Positions 13,437-26,834 of a stretch of 64,000 nt of DNA are shown one piece after another (positions within the stretch are counted from its first letter, which is position 1; the number at the start of each line of letters is the position of its first letter). Where the stretch lies: the NCBI GenBank assembly GCA_964016885.1, contig CAXHJY010000044.1, positions 1 to 64,000 of the forward strand. The letters run 5' to 3'. A program made the translations under genes and the position numbers. The DNA comes from Eledone cirrhosa. Taxonomy: Eukaryota. The notes under the pieces are model-generated. The model saw only the letters and a program-made list of their open reading frames with translations. It had not been told where the DNA came from and searched no databases.

Positions 13437-13443
<7 letters not shown>
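12900..13443 (+). mobile_element. HHR-terminated repeat; copy at 30195-30655
   Basis: High identity over about 440 bp; both end HHR-AATAAA-short tail-(TA)n. Confidence 0.8.
13338..13392 (+). ncRNA. Type I hammerhead ribozyme
   Basis: ACUGC-CUGAAGA-(ACAGCCA/UGGCUGU)-GAAAU-AUAU-AUA-GCAGU. Confidence 0.85.
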
Positions 13444-13491
<48 letters not shown>

Positions 13492-13980
13492 GGTCAGTAC
13501 AACAACGACGCCATACCAGGTACGTACGTTTCGGTATTCATTGACGACCAACTTGTTCAATCTGTGCCGATGAAAAAGGACCGGAAAGTGTTTACTTATA
13601 GGGACGAAAAAAGAAAGACAGGAAAATCATAATCCTGATAGTATAAGGGAGGTAATTTGGCCTAGAAAATTTTTATGCCGAGCAAAAGCTAAAATGATCG
13701 TTAAAAATTATGACTAAAAATTATAGTGCGGGGACTAGAAATAAATCGATAGGTTAAGAAAACATCGATCGGTTAATGAGGAAGTAGATCGATATTAAGG
13801 AGGCCATTTCTTCAAAAGGTACACACATGAGAGCATCTCGAAAAGAACTCGGTACGTGTTTTAAGTGGATTGTTATTGTTGTGTCGATTATTCAATATCC
13901 ACCAGTTTTCATCATTACATAATTTACATGCCTTCAGCTCATTTAAGACATTGCTCTACACCTTGGATTTTTATTTACAA

Positions 13981-14047
<67 letters not shown>

Positions 14048-14273
14048 ATATATACATACATATATATATATCAAGTAAAATAACGGAGCAAAGGACTCGC
14101 GTATAATCCTGTAATTAAATGAGCTCAAAGGAAAGAGTTTTCCTGGGCACTTTAAAATCCAATATATAGAGGAGTGTGGTAAGAAACCAGGTGGACCATA
14201 ACGCCCCAGAATACTCGGTACTTAGGGTAGTAGAGTTGGTATTAGGGAAAGCCGTCGGGGTCCTGATTCTTTT

Positions 14274-14320
<47 letters not shown>

Positions 14321-14322
<2 letters not shown>

Positions 14323-14515
14323 TGTTATACTTTGGGAGGGTCATGTTGCCAATAAAAAGCACACACGCACCTGTTGGTTTACATTTCTATTTATTACAAA
14401 TTTCCGTGAATGGGCTTTTATTTTGTGTCTCTCCTATGTTCTGTCCTACACCACCTTGTGTTTGTGTGTTGCGTCAAAAGAATTCCTGCAAAACAAATTC
14501 AAAAACGAAGTACAC
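14321..14515. mobile_element. Internally deleted family A fold-back (part of left arm plus tail end)
   Basis: Starts tgttatactttgggagggtcatgttgcc as at 61821; ends aaacaaattcaaaaacgaa. Confidence 0.7.
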
Positions 14516-14782
14516 GCCCCCCCCCCCCCCCCAAAAAAAAATCCAATAATGTACACCATTTTACCAGGGGGAAAAAAATACTGGTTCACCCACACACACA
14601 CACACACACACATATATACACAAACACATACACACGCGTACATCAACATACAAAGAGACTTATACACACACACACACACGCACTTCTCCGTATAAGACAA
14701 AAGCTGAAAAATATCTTTTGACATGCTAAAATACCCCCCATTGCTTTCAGACACATTCTTACTGACCATCGAATTACTCTTC

Positions 14783-14875
<93 letters not shown>

Positions 14876-14926
14876 GCGCATACACACACACACAGACATA
14901 TTTGTTGTGAAAGAGTCATTTCTCAA

Positions 14927-15153
14927 TCTTGGCGCAAAACCAATTTTTTATCCACATGACCTCTACCGACCAATCAAAATTGTTTTGACCAAGAATTTTT
15001 GCTGGAGCCACTTTTTTAACATAAAAACACTCTTGGCGCAAAATCAACTTTTTACATTCACATGACCTCTACCGACCAATCAAAATTGTTTTGACCACAA
15101 GCATTTTTGTAACACAAAAATAACGCTGGAGCCACTTTTTTAACATAAAAACA
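14927..15153. repeat. Tandem duplication, two units of about 105-120 bp
   Basis: tcttggcgcaaaa...catgacctctaccgaccaatcaaaattgttttgacca...gctggagccacttttttaacataaaaaca twice. Confidence 0.85.
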
Positions 15154-15362
15154 GGTAGAATTCCCAAAACTAATCAGATCAGAGCAAACAGCACGGACAC
15201 TCTATCTCAAAATTATTTTTGAAAAGCATTTAGAAATGCGCAACCGGTAAAAACTTAAAACCACAACTGAATACTAACCCATACAATCACTAATACTCTT
15301 TTATTCCTAATTAAACCACTTTTCAACTGTGAACAATTTGTCAGCATTTTCTATTCCGTTTA

Positions 15363-15417
<55 letters not shown>

Positions 15418-16251
15418 CTACACACACAATGATTTCATTTTCGCCAATAACACCTGAAAGCAGCACGAACTACCATCAATACCACCATGACAACCACAAC
15501 AACAAGCAGCACCCTCATACCCACTCATCATCTTCACTACTAAAACTACATTCACCGACGTCCGCACCATTTGTTAAGAGCGGAAATATAGAAACCAACG
15601 AGTTTTTCACCTTATTAGTGACCAGAAAGTAATTTTCCACACATTCAGCCTTTATTGACAGAAGAACAAATCTCTACAATGGAACAATAACAGCAACAAC
15701 AACAACATCATCAGCAACAAAAAAGCAAAACAAAAACAAAGCAACAGCAAAAACAACACATCACAAGTTCTCCACAACAAAACAACAATAACAGTAACAT
15801 AAACTTAAAAAATAAAAATTTCCAATGAAGTTATGAAACATTTCATAGCTTATAGGAATTTGAATAAGAGGAATGGCCTCAAAAGAAAAGCTAATACAGA
15901 AGCAATATAAAAGTAGCAGGCGGGGGATAATATCTAACAAAAAAACTATGTAAGAATGCAGAACCCCAAAGAGAAATATTTTTGGGCCTTTGATTTTTAA
16001 TTATTTTCTAATTAAAATTATTGTTCATTTTCTTTTTTGTTAGAACTAAAATACATGAAAAAAAAACCCAAAAAACAAAAAAACAGAAAAAACGAACACA
16101 AAAAAAAATGAGTCGAAAATACATTCATGAATGATGAGTGAATGGTTGAATTATATAGTTTTCTATTGTATTGAGTTGCTTCACATACAGGCATACATGT
16201 ACATAAGCACACACACACAGCTATATATCGCGTACATAAGCATATACAAGA

Positions 16252-16284
<33 letters not shown>

Positions 16285-16369
16285 TAAAAAAAAAATATAT
16301 ATATAGTAATAATGATAAACGTGAAGACTAAAATCCAAAGAGGGTATATATATATATATATATATATAT

Positions 16370-16775
16370 GGGATAACAAATTATCTTTAGAGGTAATCCA
16401 GTTAGAGGTTGTGAGTACTCTGTATTGTGGATAGTTTTAACGTACGGCGTTAGAGGTTTCCTTAGTTAGGTAGCGAGTTCGCGGGAATTCCTATGCAGTC
16501 ATTCTTGGAGTAATAATAGTGACAAGATGGCGTAGGACAGAACAAAGGAGAGGCACAAAAAACAAAGAAAAGAATCCCCAGTCACTAAGAGGTCACAGAA
16601 TGTGTGACGAAAGAACTTTGACAATATATAAACAACCATCTGATTGTGGAACCAACCAACCAACCGGAAATTTATAAATTCCTAAATTTATAAATTTATT
16701 ATAATAAATTGAAGTGAAAGCAACTGGTGCGTGTGTTTCTTATTGGCAACATGACCCTCCCAAAGTATAACAATA
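16370..16775. mobile_element. Chimera: terminal piece of the 42618 PLE (-) fused to a family A arm (+) with HHR 16581-16622 (1-nt core deletion)
   Basis: 16370-16520 matches 42618-42790; 16523-16775 matches 62097-62340. Confidence 0.75.
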
Positions 16776-16779
16776 TATA

Positions 16780-16859
<80 letters not shown>

Positions 16860-16867
16860 TACATATA

Positions 16868-16958
<91 letters not shown>

Positions 16959-17015
16959 TATAATATATATATATAATATATAATATATATATAATATATA
17001 ATATATATATAATAT

Positions 17016-17250
17016 ATACGATATTAATAAATGGAAACTATATTTATAAAACCATATTTATTTCATTATACATATTTGAATAATGTATAAATATTTGAAT
17101 ATGTATAATGAAATAAATATGGTTTTATAAATATAGTTTCCATTTATTAATATCGTATATCTACTCCAAAAATTTGTCGAGTGCTTTATGTCGGTTATAA
17201 ATATATTTACTTGTTGTATCCCAACAACTTTAAATAGAACTTTTGCATAT
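17016..17250. mobile_element. Centre-collapsed version of the 62815-63270 fold-back
   Basis: Same outer ends (atacgatatta / cttttgcatata) and tail; HHR cores missing. Confidence 0.85.
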
Positions 17251-17276
17251 ATATAATATATATATATATATATAAT

Positions 17277-17310
<34 letters not shown>

Positions 17311-17354
17311 ATATATAGAAAGATTTGAATGGATACAGTTTAGTTGAAAGGAAT

Positions 17355-17475
17355 TTATTGACACGTGTTTCTATAACAGTTACATAACCTGAAAACAGCT
17401 GCTATCTACACAGTTTTAGTTATGCAGACATTCAATATTTCAATGTTATTATTTACTGTCATTTCATCAGAATAA
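17355..17475 (-). ncRNA. Type I hammerhead ribozyme with about 90-nt stem II
   Basis: UUAUU-CUGAUGA-a-AUGACAGU...ACUGUUAU-a-GAAAC-ACGU-GUC-AAUAA. Confidence 0.8.
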
Positions 17476-18016
17476 TATTACTGAGGACCTATTTGGTTTT
17501 TATAGAGAATATTAGGAGGGAGGGGTGAAGTTGTTAGAAGAATAGTTGAGGGAGTGGTTTTTTGATAGCAGTGAGAATTTTTGGTGGCAGTGAGTAATTA
17601 GATTCCCATCTGTTGTTTTGACATTTTTATAGAATATATTATTGGTTATTTTTCTAAATCTATAGAAGGATTAGAGATAGTAAAGATATGCGTGGTTGGT
17701 TTTGTGTTTGCACTTAATTAACATTCAGACTTAAATTTTTCTTTCAAGTGTACGTATCCTTTCACCCACGCATTCACACACAAATATATTTGCACACCTC
17801 TACAAAATACATATACTCACATTCACATATTCATACTTACATACATATACACATGCATACATATATATATACACACATGTATTCATGTACATACATACGC
17901 GTTCATGTGTATACATTTTCATACTCAACTTATCTTTATATACACACGTATAGACACACACATATATACATACATACTCTAGTCTATGTGTACACATATA
18001 CATATACATACACATC

Positions 18017-18108
<92 letters not shown>

Positions 18109-18452
18109 CACTTTAATACATGACTACACTTATATCTAACTATACACATCAAACATATATATATATTTACTTATTTATATACATTTTCACATATATATAT
18201 ACATACTTATGGACGTTTTTAGACACATTCATTATCGCATATTTCCACCTATTCTCATCAGCATATCTTTCCATTATTAGTGTGGTAATTTAAGGTTATT
18301 AATATATGTTGAGAAGAGATTGTTTTTATATTTTTCTAACTAGATTGAGGTTTATATAGTTGGGGGGATGTCCCTCTTTTATGTAATATTCGGCTTGTAG
18401 TGGGAAAAAAGGGTTTTAGTTCTGTGACGGCAGAATAATGTTCGTTCAATTT

Positions 18453-18603
18453 AACCAGTGTATTACCGGTACTTTATTTTATCGACCCCGTAAGGATGAA
18501 AGGCAAAGTTAACCTCGGCAGGATTTGAACTGAGAATGGCAAGGGCCGTAACTCTATGCGTCAAAGCATGCGTCCGACCCTCTACCTATACTGCCAATCC
18601 ACC
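18453..18603 (-). mobile_element. tRNA-derived SINE S1
   Basis: Colinear with other copies. Confidence 0.9.
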
Positions 18604-18621
18604 ATCAATAATATTAATACA

Positions 18622-18830
18622 TAAGGGAACAAAGAATCAGTGTTGCATCATATACATATTTACTTACATATTACATACGTCTACATGTTAAAACATATAC
18701 GAGGAGCTTCCCATGCCAGAGTCAGGTTCGATCACTAATAGATCGTTTCTCGAGCTGATCGACATTGAAACATATGTAATATGTAATTAAATATGTATAT
18801 GATGCAACATTGAATCTTTGTTTCCTTACC
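18622..18830. mobile_element. Fold-back module with a degenerate long-stem-II HHR (18693-18784, +)
   Basis: Arms taagggaacaaaga..gttgcatcatatacatattt / aaatatgtatatgatgcaac..tctttgtttcctta; stem I ACAUAU/AUAUGU, GAAAC-AUAU-GUA, core ACGAGGA. Confidence 0.7.
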
Positions 18831-18835
18831 GAGTA

Positions 18836-19023
18836 GTGGATTGGCAGTATCGGTAGAAGGTCGGACGCCATGCTTTGCAACAAAGAGTTACAGCCCTTTA
18901 TGGTCTGAGTTCAAATCCCGCCGAGGTTAACTTTGCCTTTCATCCTTACGGGGTCGATAAAATAAAGTACCAGTAGTAAACTGATGTGATGATTGCTGGC
19001 CTTGTGCCAAAAGTAGAAACAAT
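18836..19023 (+). mobile_element. tRNA-derived SINE S1
   Basis: Colinear with other copies. Confidence 0.9.
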
Positions 19024-19057
<34 letters not shown>

Positions 19058-19250
19058 GGTAAGTTATTCCGGGTTGAATCGAAGGTAACCACAGTAAGTA
19101 AGGTACTCAATACATAGCAGAGTATAAAAGTTTAAATATAGATGAGATTCTACAGGACTAGAACTAGTTCATTCTTTAGAAATCATCAGGAATTCCTGAT
19201 GATTTCTAAAGAATGAAATAGTTCTAGTCCTGTAGAATCTCATCTATATA
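19058..19250. mobile_element. Tail plus about 112-bp palindrome with back-to-back HHR cores
   Basis: Centre atcatcagGAATTCctgatgat-type junction; each arm CUGAUGA-uuucuaaagaau-GAA(A). Confidence 0.8.
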
Positions 19251-19487
19251 TAGTGTTTCCAAATTGAAGGATGAGTATTTAAACTTTATTTTATTCTGAG
19301 TTAAGACTCTATTGGTTTTTTCCCTTGGATTTCACAACATCTGTGGATAAAATCTCTGCCTTGATTTTTTTTAATTGAATTTGAATTATTTTCCCATATC
19401 TTACGTTAAATATTTTCCATTTTGACGTTATAGTCACTTATATATTATGAAATACTGTTGGCTTCTTGCTCACATTAATGTCTCTAC

Positions 19488-19526
<39 letters not shown>

Positions 19527-20052
19527 CATTTGCAACAGCACTGTATCCAATCTCATGTTACTCAGACATGAAATAAAATGAAATGTTTACACGACCCCAC
19601 ACATACACCGCACACATATCCACATCACTACCATCAATGTGTGTGATTTTGTGTATGTATGTTTACATGTGTGTGTGTTTGTATGTGTACCCGTTTATGT
19701 TGTATCATTGGGAACATAACTTGTAGTGAATTAATAACAGGCATCTACAAATTCAAGTAGAAAAAAGGTGGAATCACATTCCAGAAATTGAACCTATATT
19801 TATTTCCTCTCAATAACATAATTAAGTTTAATTATTGATATTTACTAGTCACTATTAACAAATCTATATTTAAGTTTCATGTAAATTGAGTTAATCTCCC
19901 CTTTATTTGACTCTACAAAATCTACTTAGTTCTTTTGGTCCCAAGAGGCTTCTTTATAATTTAGCGCATTCCTCCTATTATCCAATTGATTATCATTTGT
20001 TTACCGTTTTCTTAACTATAATTATATCCTTAATTTAAAATGTACTCAAAGA

Positions 20053-20084
<32 letters not shown>

Positions 20085-20690
20085 TAGTGAGAGAGAGAGA
20101 TAGAGAGAAAGAGAAAGAAGGAGAAAGAGATGGAGAGAGAGACTATCTCTATATTTTCATTTCAGCTCTACCAGGTTTATTTACAATTCCAGTAGTTCAT
20201 TCTATTATCCAATTACGCTGTATCTACCGTTATCTTAATTATAATTTTATCTTTAATTTAAGACCCACTCAAAGAGTGACCGTGTGTATTTATTTATTTT
20301 GATTTCACGAAGTTGGTTTACAAGTAGATTCGCTCTTTTTTTTCCATTTAATTACTCTTTATCTACTTTTGTCTTTAACTATAATGACATAACACCTATA
20401 TATTATATAATTTAACCGCTCACCTGCCATGGTTAAGTCATACTTTCTGCTAACCTTAACACATGATTTCTTTTAAACCGATATTCTTTAATTTATAAAT
20501 GCATGAGGTATTTTTCCTCAACACAACTTAAAATAGAATTTTTCCGAGCTTACTTTTTTAAAATCGTTCCGTTAAACTTTGTGACAGCCGTCTTTAATTT
20601 TTAAAACAAGTATTACCTATACAAGCGATTTTCTCCACATGTATTTGTATTTTTCTGTCCATCTGCCTGTCTCTCATATACATATATGTG

Positions 20691-20788
<98 letters not shown>

Positions 20789-20998
20789 AGCGCACAAGGC
20801 AAAGTCAATGGGGGAAGAAAATCAAAACAACGGAAAAACGGACTGTCCCATCTTCTCACGCAACCTCTGGAAATCACTACGGTTTCGCTACATTAAGGTA
20901 GATGCCGTTTATTCCAATGCACATTGGGATATAACAAAACAGATAGACACAAGTTATACCTTTAGGCAAATTACACAGATATAGAGTGCGCAAGGGCT

Positions 20999-21410
20999 TG
21001 TAGCAAGAGTTGCCTCCCTTGTGACGAAAACATCACCAATAGAGTAACGCTCTCTAGACGGGAAGTAGCTGGAGTTGCTTCCCGTTGGGGTGGCAGCCCT
21101 TTTTGTCACTTCCGTTCCAGCATATATAAAGGGAATAACTTTCAGCTCTCCCTCTCATTTGCCCTTTCGGCTGCTGGCCTTTGGCCAGGCGTCTTCGGCC
21201 AGGCGCGTTCGCCTGGCAACCAAACGGTAACTAATAACTTTGCTTCATTCTTTCATCTATTCACTGACATGTCAACTATACTATTCTATATAACCACAAA
21301 TTGTTTATTAAATATTATACACACAAATCACGTCTCTGTTTATACTTATACAACCCAGTATTTTGCTATAGGCTTAACCAAAGGAGAGAAATAGTAAAAC
21401 AAAAGAATAA
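20999..21410 (+). mobile_element. Possible solo LTR / promoter-like element
   Basis: Starts TGT and ends ACA; CCAAT near 21036, TATATAAA near 21123, ATTAAA near 21307; no TSD recognised. Confidence 0.4.
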
Positions 21411-21559
21411 GGACTGTAGTCCAATAGCATAGATATCACTGCTTGGACCGGTTGCATCTTAGCGTACTCAATAGGTAATGTTAAACAAACTCCCAGACTA
21501 TACACATACATAGTTATTCGCTTCAATACAACACACGTAAACGGGTACCTTCAGTAATT

Positions 21560-21670
21560 CCCGAACTCGAGTTTCGGCCACACTTAATGCAGCAGTAGGG
21601 TGCACTGCATTCTCTGTCCGCATATATTATGCAACAATGCATAATCGGCACATGTGACTTCATCAGCAGG
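21560..21670 (-). ncRNA. Type I hammerhead ribozyme with branched stem II
   Basis: CCUG-CUGAUGA-a-GUCACA...UGUGGC-c-GAAAC-UCGA-GUU-CGGG; internal hairpins UUAUGCA/UGCAUAA and AUGCAG/CUGCAU. Confidence 0.85.
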
Positions 21671-23057
21671 TTTCGCCTAATCAATAACCAATCGATTGAC
21701 AGAATGCGACTCCAGTCCGTGCCGGTTATGACTGCTTCTGACGGCCAACACAGTAAAGCGATTAGAAACTGGAGTCTCTACGCATCACAATGCTGTTCCA
21801 TGATTGGCTACCGATTTATAAATTTACGTGATGGCAGGAGACTAACATTCAAATAGCACATCCTTGGGAGATGAAAGTAATTTGGGAGGTAGTAGATATA
21901 ATGTTTTTAGCGTTGATAATGATGATGTCTTAAGTGATAGTTGATAATGATGATGTCTTAATGGTGATAGTGTCGGATTTTTGTCGTTGCTATATTGTTG
22001 TGTCGTTATTTAACCCACGTCAGTTCTGACTGTCGAGACCTATGGTGAAAGGAATATTCCATCTATGACCAACAGGTCCTTCTTTCTTTTGTTGTATATT
22101 TGGGACGACACCATCTAATATAACACTCGATGTTTAGGAACGTAATAGTGTAATTTAAGAAATAAATTGCTGCTGTTTGTAACAGGTCAATTGCCCATGT
22201 AGATGTTCTCATTTGTTACATCAGCATGTCCGAAGACAGCTTAAAACGCAGTCCTGTCTACCATAATTTTAACTTCGTGATTGAGGAAAGGAATTACAAG
22301 CACAGCTTTATACATACATGTATGGCAATCGTTAGACGAATGTATTGACTATTTTCATATAGGCTAGAAAGTCAACGCCCTTGATGAATGGTCTAATGTA
22401 ATGCCAAGTGTCAACTGAATAGCAATGTCATATAATAATCAAACAAACCAATATTTCAAACAAACGAGAGAAATAACATTTAAATACCGCAAGAAAGAAA
22501 TATCCTGCCTGGTAAATTACAGTAGCAATAAAGCTGTTGTAAAGAGGTTAATATACTGGATGTATACAAAAAAATAGTGATAACCGGTAGATTAGCTACT
22601 GTTATTAGAACAAATTCTTCTTTAGAAGATATATCGCTACATTGAATGCCAAAGATAACCCCATCAATATTAACAAACATTTCGTTGATTTGATAACCGA
22701 CAAGCAACATTTCAGTAAGAAACTTTAAATAATTGAAAAATAGTGATTTTGATGATAGTAGTGCTGAAAATAAAAATTAATTTATACACACACAAAGACA
22801 CAAACTCGCACACATACATGTTTGATTTTCAATCAATGTTTGAATGTGTTAGCGTTTAAGTCTAAGATCACGTAATACAAAAGAGTAACAAAACAATATA
22901 ATAAGGTTATCACTTATTTCTTTTTCTTGCTTTCTTAATAAAGATTTCAAATACTGATATAATAATATAACTGACAGAAATTACTGTAGTAACTAACTGA
23001 CATAATGAAAATCATTTATAGTTGGTTTGTATAGATTATAATTAGAAAGAACAAATG

Positions 23058-23142
<85 letters not shown>

Positions 23143-23654
23143 GTATGTATATATATATATATATATATAAATATGCATCTGTATGTGTATGTATATATAT
23201 GTATATATAAATATGTTGGTGTATGTATATATATATATGTGTATACATACATATATATATACACATATATACATATATATATATGCATACACACATACAT
23301 ATATATATGCCCATATATATATATGTATATATATATGTGCATGTATGTAAGAATTTGTGTGTTGTGTGTGTGTGTGTGTTATTAAAGTCACGACTATGTG
23401 TTTCTACTTTTCAATAGATTTTTATCGTAATGTTTTCTAAGTTATTTGAAACACGTTAGGAATAACAAAGTTCCTAAATCTATAATTTAATTGACGTTTC
23501 TAGACATTAATGGTCTCATTACCAAGTGTTGTTGTTGTTGCTGCTGCTCTTCTTCTTCTTCTTCTTCTTCTTCTTCTTCTTCTTCTTCTTCTTCTTCTTC
23601 TTCTTCTTCTTCTTCTTCTTCTTCTTCTTCTTCTTCTTCTCACCCTCCCCCTCC

Positions 23655-24150
23655 TCTGATCTTCGAGCTACACACTGTATTGAGTAACGTTGCATTAAAA
23701 GATCCTTCGGAGGAACCCCATTGCGACCGTTTCTATTCGTTATCGTATTCTTTTGGTCATTATCCAAGATTCATCACCATAAGTAAGGGTTGGCACGAAT
23801 GCTCCTCTATTGAGTTTGTCTTTTACACTTACATTCCTTCTTCTGATGATTGAACGGTGAAGTTGGTATATTAGTTCACCTACTCCTGCAATTCTTGCAT
23901 TTAATTCAATTCACCCTCTTGTCTTCCATCACTCGTGTAAACGGCTCCGAGATACATGAAATTCTCCACCTATTTCTGTGGAACTCTACTCACATGTAGA
24001 CTGCACTGCGCAGGCTCCCTTGCAAGGACGAGTGTCTCAGTCTTCACAGAACTGATTTTCATTCCATGCAGTACTCGGCAACAAAGCTATCATGTGTATG
24101 TCGGGTATCACCTTCTGACGAGTTAAGAATGAAGAATACCATGTCATCCT
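23655..24150 (-). mobile_element. RTE-clade LINE 3' fragment
   Basis: Reverse-complement homologue of 35430-35848 (VENFMYLGA, YGDES). Confidence 0.7.
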
Positions 24151-24271
24151 CAAATTCTAGCCGACTAGGTGTTGTCGGTTTATTTCTATTGCCTTTTTTA
24201 TAGTAGGAGTATGTATTTTATGATATTTAATGCGCTTTGTTCTTCTTTCTTTGCCAGCATTATGTGACTCG

Positions 24272-24464
24272 GGCAGAGGATTGGCAGTATCGGTAGAAGG
24301 TCGGACGCCATGCTTTGCAGCATAGAGTTACGGCCTTTTACGGTATGAGTTCAAATCCCGCCGAGGTTAAGTTTGTTTTTCATCCTTACAGGGTTGATAA
24401 AATAAATCACCAGTAACGTACTGGGATAATTGCTGGCATTGTAGAAACAAAGTAGAAACAATTA
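24272..24464 (+). mobile_element. tRNA-derived SINE S1
   Basis: A and B boxes; colinear with other copies. Confidence 0.9.
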
Positions 24465-24607
24465 TATGACTCTCTAATCAGAATTTGAATCTTGATGTTT
24501 GACCGTCTGATATCTAAACTATAATAAAGGAAGGTCTGCGGGATTGCGTACGGTTTATATTTTTATTTTTTTATCCCGTTTATAAATAAGTTGGATTACT
24601 TTGAATA

Positions 24608-24786
24608 AATAATTGTTTCTACTTTTGGCACAAGGCCAGCAATTACCAGTACATTACTGGTTCTTTATTTTATCGACCCCGTAAGGATGAAAGGCAAAGT
24701 TAACCTCGGTGGGATTTGAACTCAGATTGTAAAGGGACGTAACTACTCTGGAAAGCATGTCCGACCTTTCTACCAATACTGCCAAT
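24608..24786 (-). mobile_element. tRNA-derived SINE S1, tail-to-tail with the previous copy
   Basis: Colinear with other copies. Confidence 0.9.
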
Positions 24787-25559
24787 AAATAATGAATGAA
24801 TATTACATAATTTATCTACTAAATTTCGTGGTTGTTGATTAAATATATTTTGTTTATTTAAAGATTCACTTCTTTAAAATTTCTGAAATGTCAACATTTC
24901 CGCTTAAATAAACATACTAATTTTCTCCTAATGCAGTATATATATATATCGTCTTTTTTAATGTATCATGGATTACGTTACTGATTAAATAAGACAGTGT
25001 AACGCAGTCTTCGTTCAATTTCTATGTATTATATATTGTCAATTACGATTTTATTTGATGTATCATATCTATGTATAATATCAATATACACACTACACAT
25101 GTTAGCAGAAAACCACCCGAAGGGTGGTTTTTCTGCTAGTATACCTGATAAGTCACGTGTTTATGATGTATGTATGGTGTTTGTGTGGTTAGTATTGTAC
25201 TGTATATTGATCTTGTCATTATATTGCGATATATGTAACCAAGCATTATATGGATTTAAACATAAATACAATATAGCTCACACTTCAGAAACGAGGGCCA
25301 TTAAAACTATACAAATTAAGGCTAACTAAAAAATCCAAATTCGAGGCCTTCACGCTCCTGTTAGAAGAGCCCCTACCTAGGTTAACCTCAACTACTTTCT
25401 ATCTCTGGCTATAGTGGGCCATGTGAGGCTGAGGTATCATGTCAGATCGTCGCGCCATCTTACTCTTGACAACTTTCTAGTACTTTTCCACTACACAATC
25501 TACAGGTAACGTATACTATATGAATCGAAAGCATACAAACTACAAAACGAATACAATAT

Positions 25560-26010
25560 CAAATATCTCACAAAATTGAACACATAGTTATTACACCAAA
25601 CCATAAATTAGCACTAATAATATACAACAACAACTTTAAGATAAAAATTCTCCTAAATAACTACAAACCATAGGCATGAAAACCTGAAATCAGGCTACAC
25701 ATAAACAATGCAATTTACAAGCCTGACTGCAAAAATGAAAGTTGTAAACCTAATGAAACCAATTATTATATCGGACATACAAGTACAATCCTCTCTCGGA
25801 GACTTAGCTTGCATTTACAACAAGGTGTAATTGCAACACATTACACTACACATCACAAAATAAGGGTAGATAGGTGGCCATTAACGGACAGTACATCTAT
25901 ATTATACAGAATTCCGAACAAAAATAGGTGTTTACTCATGGAAGCGATATTTATATCATGATATAATACAAGGATCGAAGATGAATTATACTATGCAATA
26001 CTCTAATCAA
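25560..26010 (+). pseudogene. PLE GIY-YIG endonuclease relic
   Basis: CKPNETNYYIGHTSTILSRRLSLHLQQGVIATHY...LLMEAIFI. Confidence 0.8.
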
Positions 26011-26445
26011 CTCTACTACAGTATATTATACTATACTATACTATACTATACTATACTATACTATACTATACATGTATATCTTGGGAAGACGGTGAGATTG
26101 ATCTAGGATATCGAGACCAGAAATAGGTGGTGGTATAACCAATATCTATTATTCAATATAGCGATCTATCATGATCAATCAACTCCCTGAAACGATCGTA
26201 AAATAATGAACTAATTAAGAACCTCTCTTCGCATTTTTGTTTTATTTATTATAAAGAGTCGCGACCCGAGGGCTGAGCTCTTGCCCTTTCAACAACGTGT
26301 TCCAGACTCTAGAACTAGCTATTGAAACAACAAGAGATCAGCCGTCGGGTCTCGACTCTTTATAATATAACTATACACTTCTACCCCAAGTATCGAGTAC
26401 TCTGTTGAGTAATGGTCTAACTAGTTTCAAATTGAATCCATCCTG

Positions 26446-26537
<92 letters not shown>

Positions 26538-26548
26538 ACATATATATA

Positions 26549-26759
26549 TAGCTATGTATCTATCTAAAAAGACAGACTAAGAAAGACAGAGAAATCGCTA
26601 ACCGGCGCCTAATGCTGTCCCTAGGGCATTGAAAATTTGAAATATTTTTTGTTCAAAACACTCACACGACCATAAGTATTACATGTGTCAAGTTTGGGGT
26701 GGCTCTCGAGTTTTAGAGAGTCAGACAGTCAGATATTTTCTGTCTTAGATATATAGATA
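26549..26759 (-). mobile_element. Helitron-like non-autonomous element; copy at 41213-41421
   Basis: Minus strand starts ATCTATATAT with CTGT-type repeats; GC hairpin gcccta..taggc followed by ..TTAG; an inverted partial 5' end gives pseudo-TIRs. Confidence 0.5.
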
Positions 26760-26834
26760 TTGCTTCTCTGAAACATTTCGTTCATTGAGATGTTTGGGTA
26801 ATAGGGACGAATCGACCTTTAATTAACTAAGATT

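Noticed and set aside
14927-15153. CRISPR-like repeat
   Set aside because: Only two long tandem units, no spacers, eukaryotic context
21705-21785. HHR-like CUGACGG...GAAAC-UGGA-GUC
   Set aside because: Core mismatch and no stem I or stem II pairing
25103-25139. Perfect hairpin tagcagaaaaccaccc-gaa-gggtggttttctgcta as a terminator
   Set aside because: Eukaryotic context and no U-tract; probably another collapsed fold-back remnant
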